Assembly: GCA_030674475.1 (NCBI GenBank)
Contig: JAUSCZ010000029.1
Span: forward strand, 2,357-66,356
Direction of reading: 5' to 3'
DNA from: Candidatus Omnitrophota bacterium
GTDB taxonomy: Bacteria > Omnitrophota > Gorgyraeia > Gygaellales > UBA12090
DNA length: 64,000 bases
Made by a program: the position numbers and the translations under genes. Positions 33,551 through 42,005 of the stretch are shown one piece after another (the stretch's first letter is position 1; each line of letters begins with the position of its first letter). A model generated the notes under the pieces. That model searched no databases and was not told the DNA's origin. It saw only the letters and a list, made by a program, of their open reading frames with translations.

Positions 33551-36500
33551 CCAGTCCCGATTAACTATCGGGATCCCGACTCTGTCGGGAAAAAACGGGT
33601 TAAAGATAATAATCGTTATCTTTCTTCTGGCGTGCGGCGCGCGGCCTGCTTTTGCCCAAGGCGCGATAGGCGATTATCTCTGCGAGATTGCCGAATCCTA
33701 TTATCTTAACGGCCGATATGAGGACGCCTTGCACGAGTTTAATAAGGCCCTGCTTGCTGATCCTGAGAATGTTAAGGCCAGGAAATATGTGGATAAGCTC
33801 ACCGGAAAATCTAAAGACGCGCTCAAACAGAAAGAAACCAAAGAAATAAAGCTTAAAGAGAGCGTCTTACCTACCGGCCCTCGGCTTCGCCGCGAGGCGA
33901 GCAGGCAGGATTTTGACCTTTCCTTAAAGGAGAATGGGGAATTTATGCCGGTAACAGAGGAGCCGGTTGCCGTCCTTCCCTTTAAAAAAGAAAGCCCCAG
34001 GAGGAAAGACGCGGCTTTAATCGGTCCGCGCGAGTCCGCGCCGGAAGAGCCTGTTTTAGCCAAAGCCGGGCCAAAAAGAATAGAATCTGAAGCAAGTCAA
34101 AAGTCGAGAGTTATTTCTGAAAAAAAGCATATTGTTGAGCCGATTATTCCGGAAGAAACCAGGCCCAGGAAATTAATTACCAGGAACGAGGCGGAAAAGA
34201 GAAGAATTGTTTCTTCGGCCCTGAATGATTTTATAAAAGAAGAGAGACTTGAAAAAGGGGAAGTGATTCCGGTCAAACTTTCCGGAGAATATCAGATTGC
34301 CTTAGGCGCGACATCTGATGGCTTTGAGTGGAAAAAGGCCAATGGAAACCTTAATGAAAGAGATTATCATATTTTATCGGACGCGGCCTTAAATAATCGC
34401 GAAAATACCTTTGACCACCGGATATTTGACCGTTTCCGGGCAAATCTGGATACTAAGAATACCCAAGGCCTGAATTTCCATACCAATATAACAGTTGACC
34501 CCTGGAGCTTTATTGGTAAGTCCGACAAGTTTACCCTTAGCAATGCCTCTGGCACGGATAGCGCGGAAATAGAGCTGAAATACTGGTCAAACACCGGACG
34601 AGTTCTTAATGAAACTTTTTACACTAAAATCTTAGGTGATTCTTTTGCCATTCCGGAAATCAAGGTTAAGGATGACAAGACTTCGGCTCTGGCCCAGAAG
34701 ACAACCTTTGGCGGGACTTTTAATATCCCGTCAAAAAAAATCCATCGGGAATTTCAGCCGGTAAGAGAGTTATGGTTTGATTATGCTCTGGATAATGCCA
34801 AACTTAGGGTTTTTCCCCTGGCCCTGAGCGATCAGGCCTTAACCAGTGATGACCCTTTAGGGCTCTCTAATCACCATATTTATTGGGAGGAAAGCCCTTG
34901 GATTCTAAAGTGGGAGCCGGGTCATGTTAATACTGGTACCGGCGCCCGCGATTTTAGTTTGGGAAGATGGAGTGATTCTTTAGCTTTTGCTACCCGCGAC
35001 AGCAATCTGTTTCGGCTGACTGCTTTGAGGGGATTGTCTTTTGACTATCAACCTACGGATGAAACCTCATTTAAAATGACCGGCGCTTCTCCTAAGGGCC
35101 TGTGGCAGGATTATAATAGTTTTGATAGTTTTCCCATAGCCGCGCGTTTTAAGCAGGATATAGGCGATAAGTTGATGCTGGGCAGTACCTATACTTATCG
35201 CTTAGGCCTGAATGAAGATGAAAATTATGAGCGGGACGCGGTAAATTATACCTGGGGGCTTGACTCCGGATTTAGCCCGGTTATCGGAACCAAATTAGAA
35301 AGCGAAGTGGCTGTTTCGCTTTCTAAACAGGATATATCTTCCTCTTATTCCAGTAATAAGCGGGGAATGGCATATCATTTGGCTTTATTAGGTTCGCCGG
35401 ATAGAGACCTTTTAGGTTTGAATTATAATTCCATCAAACCCCAAGAAACAGATTTTTCTTTTTTTAAGGGAAGGCTGCAATTTACCCGTATGGATGAAGG
35501 TTTTGACCCGGCCTTAGCCAGCTATCGGGAAACCCGTAAGGACAGATTTTGGTCCCGGCATATTCATTTTAGAAAACCCTTTGCCAAGCTTTACAGCGAT
35601 ACCGATTATGGTGAGCCCAGTTTAAGCTGGGATGATGTTGCCCCTTCCGCTATCGGTGATGGGATTGATATTGGCCGGAATGTTTTTGGCCTGCGCCTGG
35701 AAGCCTCAACCTTAGACCGCAGGCTGGATGAGCTTTTTGATGTCAGGAATGTGCATAAATCCAACGGTAAATACTTAGAAAATGTAGCCCGTTCCGAGAC
35801 TACTTATAAGCCTACTGAGAAGCTGACCACCAAGGTTTTAGCGATCTATCACGATATGCATCAAACCCATGCCGGGAAAGACCCTTATTTAGTAGACGCG
35901 CAAAGCGACAGGATTGTTGATAACAGCATTATCCCGGATGATAAAAACCCCTCAACTAAAACTTTTTCTTTAGGAGCGAATTATGATTTTTTTGATTGGG
36001 TGTCGGCGTATAGCATTTGGGAATATTCCAATGATATTAACGCGGCCTACGAAGCCTTTCCCCGGGGGATTTTAAACAGCGGAAGTTTTGAGACCTTTAG
36101 GGAATACGGAAAGACCTTTCGCCGGTCAACCACCTTTTTGTATAACCAATATTATTTTCCCCTGCCGCCGTATCCTTTTAATAATTCTTATAAATTCGGG
36201 CTTACCTTGCGCCTGGCCCAGAGGTGGGAGATATTTTTGAATTTTACCCGCAATGAATATGAATATGCCGGGCCCATCACTGATGACATTAATCACGCCG
36301 GAATAGAGATAGCTTACAGCTTCAGCAAAAAGCTGAAATTTTTCACCAAGTACGCCTTTAGCGAGATGAACGATTTAATAATGATGAATGTCGGAGAGAA
36401 TGTGCGGTATGAAAATCATCACAATTTCTTTTTTGAAGGTAAATACAGTTTTACCTCTGACGATGAGCTGACTTTTCAATTTGGCGAGTTCGGGCGCTCA

Positions 36501-36596
36501 GCGATAAGCGTGCTGACCTTTGATCCTTTCGGCGGCTCACTGGGAATTTTAGATACCCAGCATATTTATCGTCTTTATTATCGTCGTAAGTTCTAG
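33513..36596 (+). CDS. Large exported protein: N-terminal TPR plus probable outer-membrane beta-barrel
   Basis: Signal peptide ending AFA, TPR YEDALHEFNKAL..DP.N..A, amphipathic strands, C-terminal YRLYYRRKF. Confidence 0.65.
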   Translation: MMLKRNQKPVTSNQSRLTIGIPTLSGKNGLKIIIVIFLLACGARPAFAQGAIGDYLCEIAESYYLNGRYEDALHEFNKALLADPENVKARKYVDKLTGKSKDALKQKETKEIKLKESVLPTGPRLRREASRQDFDLSLKENGEFMPVTEEPVAVLPFKKESPRRKDAALIGPRESAPEEPVLAKAGPKRIESEASQKSRVISEKKHIVEPIIPEETRPRKLITRNEAEKRRIVSSALNDFIKEERLEKGEVIPVKLSGEYQIALGATSDGFEWKKANGNLNERDYHILSDAALNNRENTFDHRIFDRFRANLDTKNTQGLNFHTNITVDPWSFIGKSDKFTLSNASGTDSAEIELKYWSNTGRVLNETFYTKILGDSFAIPEIKVKDDKTSALAQKTTFGGTFNIPSKKIHREFQPVRELWFDYALDNAKLRVFPLALSDQALTSDDPLGLSNHHIYWEESPWILKWEPGHVNTGTGARDFSLGRWSDSLAFATRDSNLFRLTALRGLSFDYQPTDETSFKMTGASPKGLWQDYNSFDSFPIAARFKQDIGDKLMLGSTYTYRLGLNEDENYERDAVNYTWGLDSGFSPVIGTKLESEVAVSLSKQDISSSYSSNKRGMAYHLALLGSPDRDLLGLNYNSIKPQETDFSFFKGRLQFTRMDEGFDPALASYRETRKDRFWSRHIHFRKPFAKLYSDTDYGEPSLSWDDVAPSAIGDGIDIGRNVFGLRLEASTLDRRLDELFDVRNVHKSNGKYLENVARSETTYKPTEKLTTKVLAIYHDMHQTHAGKDPYLVDAQSDRIVDNSIIPDDKNPSTKTFSLGANYDFFDWVSAYSIWEYSNDINAAYEAFPRGILNSGSFETFREYGKTFRRSTTFLYNQYYFPLPPYPFNNSYKFGLTLRLAQRWEIFLNFTRNEYEYAGPITDDINHAGIEIAYSFSKKLKFFTKYAFSEMNDLIMMNVGENVRYENHHNFFFEGKYSFTSDDELTFQFGEFGRSAISVLTFDPFGGSLGILDTQHIYRLYYRRKF

Positions 36597-36705
36597 TACC
36601 GCGAAAGCGCCAACGTTAAAGTGCGAAATAAATTTTTGCGTCTTTGCGGCTAAATATTATTTGACTTGCCAACATTTTGATATATAATGAGTTACAATTA
36701 TAAGC

Positions 36706-36798
36706 AAAATCTTTAGCGCTCAAGAAGCAGATTTTGTAAGATCCTTCGGCAGAAGCTCAGGATCAACAAAATCTTTAGCGCTCAAGAGGCAGATTTTG
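36706..36798. repeat. Two copies of a ~33-bp palindromic unit around a small hairpin, upstream of the ROK regulator
   Basis: CAAAATCTTTAGCGCTCAAGA(A/G)GCAGATTTTGT twice, separated by GATCCT..AGGATC. Confidence 0.85.
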
Positions 36799-36828
36799 TT
36801 GAAAAGCCACGGAGAAAGGCAACATAAA

Positions 36829-38070
36829 ATGATTACTCCTTACTTAAGAGGTGAAGAGTATACCGAAAGAGAAAAACGCAACTTAGCTATACTTGAGATA
36901 GTCCGGCGCTTTGGGCCGATTACCCGTCCGGAGATATCCCGTACCTTAGGTTTAAATATAGTTACGGTATCTAATTACATTGAAGAGTTCATTAATAAAA
37001 ATCTGGTCTTTGAAAAAGAATTTGATATTTCCGAAGGCGGCAGACGGCCTATTCTTTTAGACATTAATCCGGAGAGCGGTTTTGTCATCGGTATCGGGGT
37101 AAACCTTTTAAACATTGTCGGCGTCCTGGTGGATTTTAAAGGAAAAGTCCTCACCCGCAGTTCTTTAGAGCGTAAGGATATCGGAGTCAGAGACATAGTC
37201 AACTGCATCATTGAGGTAATCTCTCAGATAGTAAGCAAGACCAAAAACAATAACACCAAAATAAAAGGCGTGGGTATCGGCATAGCCGGGATAATCAATA
37301 AAAAAGACGGCTCCCTGCGCTGGCCGGAAAAGGTAGGCAGCGGATACGACTATGCCTCCATATATGTGCCCTTAAAAAATATCATTGAGAAGCAGTTCGG
37401 GCTTCCGGTGATCATTGAAAACGATGCCACCTCCGCCTGTTTCGGAGAGCAGTGGCTGGATTTAGAGCCGGGGATAAAACATCTGGTTTATATGTTTTCC
37501 GGGGTTGGCTGCGGGATTATGATCAACGGCGAGATATACACCGGTGCCGGCGGTTCGGCGGGCGAGGTTTCTATTTATAATCCTAAAGAAGAAACGCCTT
37601 TTAACTGTTCGGCGGGAAAGCCCTGTTTCTTAAAGCGCTGGGATATTGATTTTGGGATGACCCAGGAAGCCAGAAGAAGAATCGCGGGGCAATCGGATGC
37701 CAAGGAAGAAGGTAAAAGGATTTTAGAGCTGGCCAATGGCGAGGTGAAGAATATACACTTAAAACATATATTTCAGGCCGCCAAGGAAAGCGACCCCCTG
37801 GCGCTTGAGCTGTTGGACCAGGCGGCAAAACAGCTGGGAATCAAGATAGCCTATTTAGTTAATTTTCTTAATCCTGAGGTAGTGATTATCGGCGGAGGGC
37901 TGGAAGAGGCTGGGGATGTGTTTTTAAATACCGTTCGCTCAACCGTAAGCGCCTGGGCCTTTGAAGAGATGGTTTCTAACGTGAGAATAGTATATTCCAC
38001 ATTAGGTGAGAACGCGGTAAGCCTGGGGGCCGCGAGCCTTTTGATGCGCCAGGTATTTTGTCAGGCCTAA
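36829..38070 (+). CDS. ROK family transcriptional regulator (NagC/XylR-like)
   Basis: N-terminal HTH, GGRRP, GIGIAG, IENDA, GVGCGIMING, G.AGE, NPEVVIIGG. Confidence 0.92.
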   Translation: MITPYLRGEEYTEREKRNLAILEIVRRFGPITRPEISRTLGLNIVTVSNYIEEFINKNLVFEKEFDISEGGRRPILLDINPESGFVIGIGVNLLNIVGVLVDFKGKVLTRSSLERKDIGVRDIVNCIIEVISQIVSKTKNNNTKIKGVGIGIAGIINKKDGSLRWPEKVGSGYDYASIYVPLKNIIEKQFGLPVIIENDATSACFGEQWLDLEPGIKHLVYMFSGVGCGIMINGEIYTGAGGSAGEVSIYNPKEETPFNCSAGKPCFLKRWDIDFGMTQEARRRIAGQSDAKEEGKRILELANGEVKNIHLKHIFQAAKESDPLALELLDQAAKQLGIKIAYLVNFLNPEVVIIGGGLEEAGDVFLNTVRSTVSAWAFEEMVSNVRIVYSTLGENAVSLGAASLLMRQVFCQA

Positions 38071-38092
38071 GGGAAAGATTGAGGGAGGGGTA

Positions 38093-39376
38093 ATGGACAA
38101 GAAGATAAAGCTTATCGCCATCATTTTAGGGGCGTTGTGTTTAGCGGCTTTATTTACCGCTTTCAGCTATGTCAATAAATACAAAGCGGTTGTCCGGGAT
38201 AATCAGCAATTAGAGAAAGATAAACAGGATCTGCGTCAGGAAAACAACGTCCTGGCCCAAAAGTCAGCCTCTTCCCAACAGGAGGCGTCCCGGCTTAAGG
38301 AGCGCTATGATGACCTAAAGTCGGAAAATGATCATTTGACCTCTGAAAGGGATGACCTAAAGAAGAGATATGATGATATTTCCGAAGAAAAGAATAAACT
38401 GATAGATAAGCTTCAGGACGCCCTGGCTAAAGGTACTGCTGAGGAAGCATCCGGCGCCCAAATGCCGGAAGTTATCGGGGATCAATATTGGGCTAATGTT
38501 TTAAAGGAAAAGCAGAATTTAGAGCTTCAATTGGCGGATTTAAGGGACAAATTGAGAAACAGCGAATTGATGATGTCTGAGCTTTCCGGAAATAAGAGCG
38601 ATTTTGAGCTGGAACTTCAAAAGGTGAGCAAAGAGAAGGATGAAATTCAGCGCCAGCTTGAGTATAACGAAAAGATGGCTGACAGCTTATCTTTACAGTT
38701 GGTCAGGGAAAAAGATGATAAGCGTAAATTAGAAAAGCAGGCCAATCTCCTGAAAGAAGAGAATTATGCTTTAAGAAACCGCCTGAAAGAAGTTACCGGC
38801 ACTAAGGTTTCTTTGGAGAAGAAACTTAAAGCGGCCGAAGACAAGCGTTTGGAATTATATAATAGATTAAATCAGACGGATCTGCTTATGCAGGAAAAGC
38901 TCTCAGAGGTTATGGATGTCAAACAGGATTTAAGAGATATCAGGAAGGGCGCAACTCCTATTTCCGGTTCAGCGGTTGAGCTTTCTCCTATTGTGGTTCA
39001 TGGCAGTCAGGAGGAGGTTGCTTTTAGGGAGCCTGAAGCCGCGGTCAAAGAGCCTGAATACCAACAGCTAAATCCGGCATCGCTGCCTCTTGAAGTGCCC
39101 ATATCTTCTCAGGAGATAATGGTGGACGCCAGTCAAGGCGCTGAGGACAATCCCCTGGCGTTAACCGCTAAAATCCGCAGCGTAGACAGCGATAATAATT
39201 TTGTAATTTTTGATGCCGGAGCGAATCAGGGAATCCGTAAGGGCCAGGTTCTGAATGTATTCCGGAATTCTAAAATGATCGCCGCCTTGGAGGTTATTGA
39301 GACCAAGGCCAATGTCAGCGCCGCGGATATCAAGGAAAAGATCTCAGAGCCCCGGTCAGGCGATACGGTAAGATAG
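38093..39376 (+). CDS. Membrane-anchored coiled-coil protein with a C-terminal beta domain
   Basis: N-terminal TM helix, long heptad region, NFVIFDAG..QGI..G terminal domain. Confidence 0.7.
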   Translation: MDKKIKLIAIILGALCLAALFTAFSYVNKYKAVVRDNQQLEKDKQDLRQENNVLAQKSASSQQEASRLKERYDDLKSENDHLTSERDDLKKRYDDISEEKNKLIDKLQDALAKGTAEEASGAQMPEVIGDQYWANVLKEKQNLELQLADLRDKLRNSELMMSELSGNKSDFELELQKVSKEKDEIQRQLEYNEKMADSLSLQLVREKDDKRKLEKQANLLKEENYALRNRLKEVTGTKVSLEKKLKAAEDKRLELYNRLNQTDLLMQEKLSEVMDVKQDLRDIRKGATPISGSAVELSPIVVHGSQEEVAFREPEAAVKEPEYQQLNPASLPLEVPISSQEIMVDASQGAEDNPLALTAKIRSVDSDNNFVIFDAGANQGIRKGQVLNVFRNSKMIAALEVIETKANVSAADIKEKISEPRSGDTVR

Positions 39377-39502
39377 TGCGCTGTTAATTTAATTTTTAAT
39401 AAGACAGCGCACAGAGCAATTGAGCAATAGACAATAGAACAATAGACAAACAAAAGCTCAATTGCGGTCTAATGCTCTATTGTTCAAAAACTAATTTAAC
39501 AA

Positions 39503-39636
39503 TCAGACTGTGTCGCAATCTCTTAAAATGACCATTTTGTCATTCTGAGGGAGCAAAGTGACCGAAGAATCTCGTCGGTAATTTAAAAAACGAGATCCTT
39601 CGCTAGCGCTCAGGATGACATTATGACACAGTCTGA
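39503..39636. mobile_element. MITE-like element with 17-bp imperfect TIRs enclosing a palindromic REP-like unit
   Basis: TCAGACTGTGTCGCAAT / ATTATGACACAGTCTGA (15/17); inner GTCATTCTGAG..GAAGAATCTC / GAGATCCTTC..CTCAGGATGAC. Confidence 0.6.
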
Positions 39637-39688
39637 ATACAATAGTCTTTAAACTTCTCTCTTTAGAAACATCCCTCCTATCCTATAA

Positions 39689-40687
39689 ATGAAACAGAAA
39701 AAGACCGGCATCCAGGAAGTCGCGGACCTGGCAGGGGTATCCATTACTACCGTTTCCCGGGTAATCAATAAAATATCCAGCGTAAGCGAAGCCAACCGTA
39801 AAAGGGTGGAAGAAGTTGTTCGCCGGCTTAAGTTTGTCCCCTCTCCTGCCGCCCAGGCCCTGGCCCGGGGAGTTACTCACAACACTATATCCTTAGTTAT
39901 CCCCCGATACGAAGGCATATTTTATTCCTTTTACGCTTTGGAACTTATCCGGGGAATCGGCACCCTTTGTGATGCCTTAAAACTTGACCTTTTACTGCAT
40001 CTGACCGACGGAAGAGACGCCTTAAGCTGTAAGGCAGTCTCCGGAATAATCTTCGCCGATATCATCGGAAACCGCCAGCAGTTAGAATGGGCTTTAAACG
40101 AGAGAATACCCACGGTGGTTATCAATAACTTTATTGAAGATCTCAAGGTAAGCTGTATTGCCGTGGATAATTTTAAGGGCTCAAAAGACGCGGTGAACTA
40201 TCTTATCAGCTTAGGCCATAAAAAAATAGCCCATATTGCCGGAGACACCATAACTCAGTCCGCGGCCTTGCGCCTGGAAGGCTATAAAGAGGCTTTGATT
40301 GAAAATAAAATTAAGGAGAACCCGGAATATATCATCAAGACCGATTATTCCCGGGGCGAGGCCCGCCAGGCGGCCGAGAAGCTTCTTTTGTTAAAAGACG
40401 CGCCTACCGCTATATTTATCGCCTCGGATTCGATGGCCTTAGAGGTAATCGCGGTAATTATGGAAAAAGGCAAAAAAGTGCCGGAGGATATCTCTGTTGT
40501 CGGCTTTGATGACAATCCCTCCAGCCTCTACGGCGCGGTTGCCATTACCACCGTGCGACAGCCTTTGATTAAGATGGCTGAAGAAGGGGTCAAGGAGTTA
40601 AACAGCTTAATTAACGGCAAAAAAGAACTGGCCATGGTTAAGCTTCCCGCGGAACTGGTAATCAGGGATTCCTGCAAGGCAATTTAA
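39689..40687 (+). CDS. LacI family transcriptional regulator
   Basis: IQEVADLAGVSITTVSRVIN, VPEDISVVGFDD, TTVRQP, LVIRDS. Confidence 0.95.
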   Translation: MKQKKTGIQEVADLAGVSITTVSRVINKISSVSEANRKRVEEVVRRLKFVPSPAAQALARGVTHNTISLVIPRYEGIFYSFYALELIRGIGTLCDALKLDLLLHLTDGRDALSCKAVSGIIFADIIGNRQQLEWALNERIPTVVINNFIEDLKVSCIAVDNFKGSKDAVNYLISLGHKKIAHIAGDTITQSAALRLEGYKEALIENKIKENPEYIIKTDYSRGEARQAAEKLLLLKDAPTAIFIASDSMALEVIAVIMEKGKKVPEDISVVGFDDNPSSLYGAVAITTVRQPLIKMAEEGVKELNSLINGKKELAMVKLPAELVIRDSCKAI

Positions 40688-40819
40688 TTTTAAAAATCCT
40701 AAATCCGAAATCCTAAACAAATCCAAAACCCAAATTCTCTAAATCCCCCGCCATTGGCGGGACAGGCAAAACATTCTATTTTGAGTTTGTTTAGAATTTA
40801 GAGTTTAGAATTTAGTGTT

Positions 40820-41869
40820 TTGTTTAATATAATTCTATCAGTAAAGCCAATAATCTTGAATACTCCTCTTGTTTTAAATAGATTCCTGGCTATGGGTGTG
40901 GGCAGCCTTCCTCATACCGAATCCGACCTCGCCTGCCGATTGATTTTTAAACATCTTAAACAGGATGTTCCTTTCTGGCCGCAGTTACCCAAAAGAAATT
41001 TTAAGGAAAATATGTACGTCCAGTTTTCTCAAACGCTTCCCGGCGTGGTTATAGATGAGGCCGGGCAGAGAATATGGATTGACGCCTTAAAAGATGATTA
41101 TTCTCAAAACGTAGAGGCGCTTTACGAGCATTATCTCGCTGATGACCTGGATTATTTCGCCATCGGTAAAGATTACGCCCGGGGGTTTTATGAATTCTTA
41201 AACTGCTTAAAGGTTGAGCCTTGTTCTTATATCAAAGGCCATATTATCGGCCCGATTAGTTTTGGACTGACAGTATCTTCTCAAGATAAAAAGGCGAGTA
41301 TTTATAATCTTGAATTCCGCGATTGCTTAGTTAAGGCTTTAGAAATGAAGGCCAGATGGCAGGCTAGGGAAATGAAATCCATAAGCCCTTCTTCGCGGGT
41401 GATCATCTGTATTGACGAGCCGTATCTGGTTTCAATCGGCTCAAGTTTTTTTAATATCAAGAACGAAGAGGTAAGCGCTATGCTTAACGATGTGGTTAAA
41501 GCGATTCATAAGGAAGGCGCCTTCGCGGCTGTTCACTGCTGCGGAAATACCGATTGGGGAATTGTGTTAAAGACCGATATAGATATCCTGAATTTTGATG
41601 CCTACAATTATTTAGAGACTATTTTTATTTACCGCGAAGAATTAGAGAATTTTCTCAAACGAAAGGGCCTCCTGGCCTTTGGGATTATTCCCAACAGCGC
41701 CCAGGGCCAACTGCCCGAACCAAACGCTTTGCTGGATAAAATCGGCCGCCAGGATAATTTTTGTCTGGTGAGCCCTTCCTGCGGATTAAGCGGGGTTTCC
41801 GAGGAGAGGGCGGATGAGGTGCTTGCTCTTACCTCTAATTTCAGCAGATTTCTCGACGGAGTTAAATAG
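40820..41869 (+). CDS. Cobalamin-independent methionine synthase catalytic-domain-like (MetE/URO-D superfamily) protein
   Basis: GSLPH, PFWPQLP, KG.IIGP, IDEP, VHCCG, SPSCGL; start uncertain. Confidence 0.75.
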   Translation: MFNIILSVKPIILNTPLVLNRFLAMGVGSLPHTESDLACRLIFKHLKQDVPFWPQLPKRNFKENMYVQFSQTLPGVVIDEAGQRIWIDALKDDYSQNVEALYEHYLADDLDYFAIGKDYARGFYEFLNCLKVEPCSYIKGHIIGPISFGLTVSSQDKKASIYNLEFRDCLVKALEMKARWQAREMKSISPSSRVIICIDEPYLVSIGSSFFNIKNEEVSAMLNDVVKAIHKEGAFAAVHCCGNTDWGIVLKTDIDILNFDAYNYLETIFIYREELENFLKRKGLLAFGIIPNSAQGQLPEPNALLDKIGRQDNFCLVSPSCGLSGVSEERADEVLALTSNFSRFLDGVK

Positions 41870-41875
41870 GCATAC

Positions 41876-41923
41876 ACACTATTTGTTGTATCCCTGCCTT
41901 ATTATATCCACAATATATAGTAT
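41876..41923 (+). promoter_or_regulatory. Tandem NrdR boxes
   Basis: ACACTATTTGTTGTAT and CCACAATATATAGTAT, 32 bp apart, directly upstream of TTGACT..TATATT and nrdJ. Confidence 0.8.
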
Positions 41924-42005
41924 TTTTACTTGACTTTAGTTTTTCTGCTGATATATTAGTTAGTATGAATTTTGAACATAAACCCTTTAAAACACGGAGG
42001 CGGCT

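Noticed and set aside
36706-36798. Mini-CRISPR (two repeats, one spacer)
   Set aside because: Only two units, the spacer is itself a hairpin of a repeat family, and there are no cas genes.
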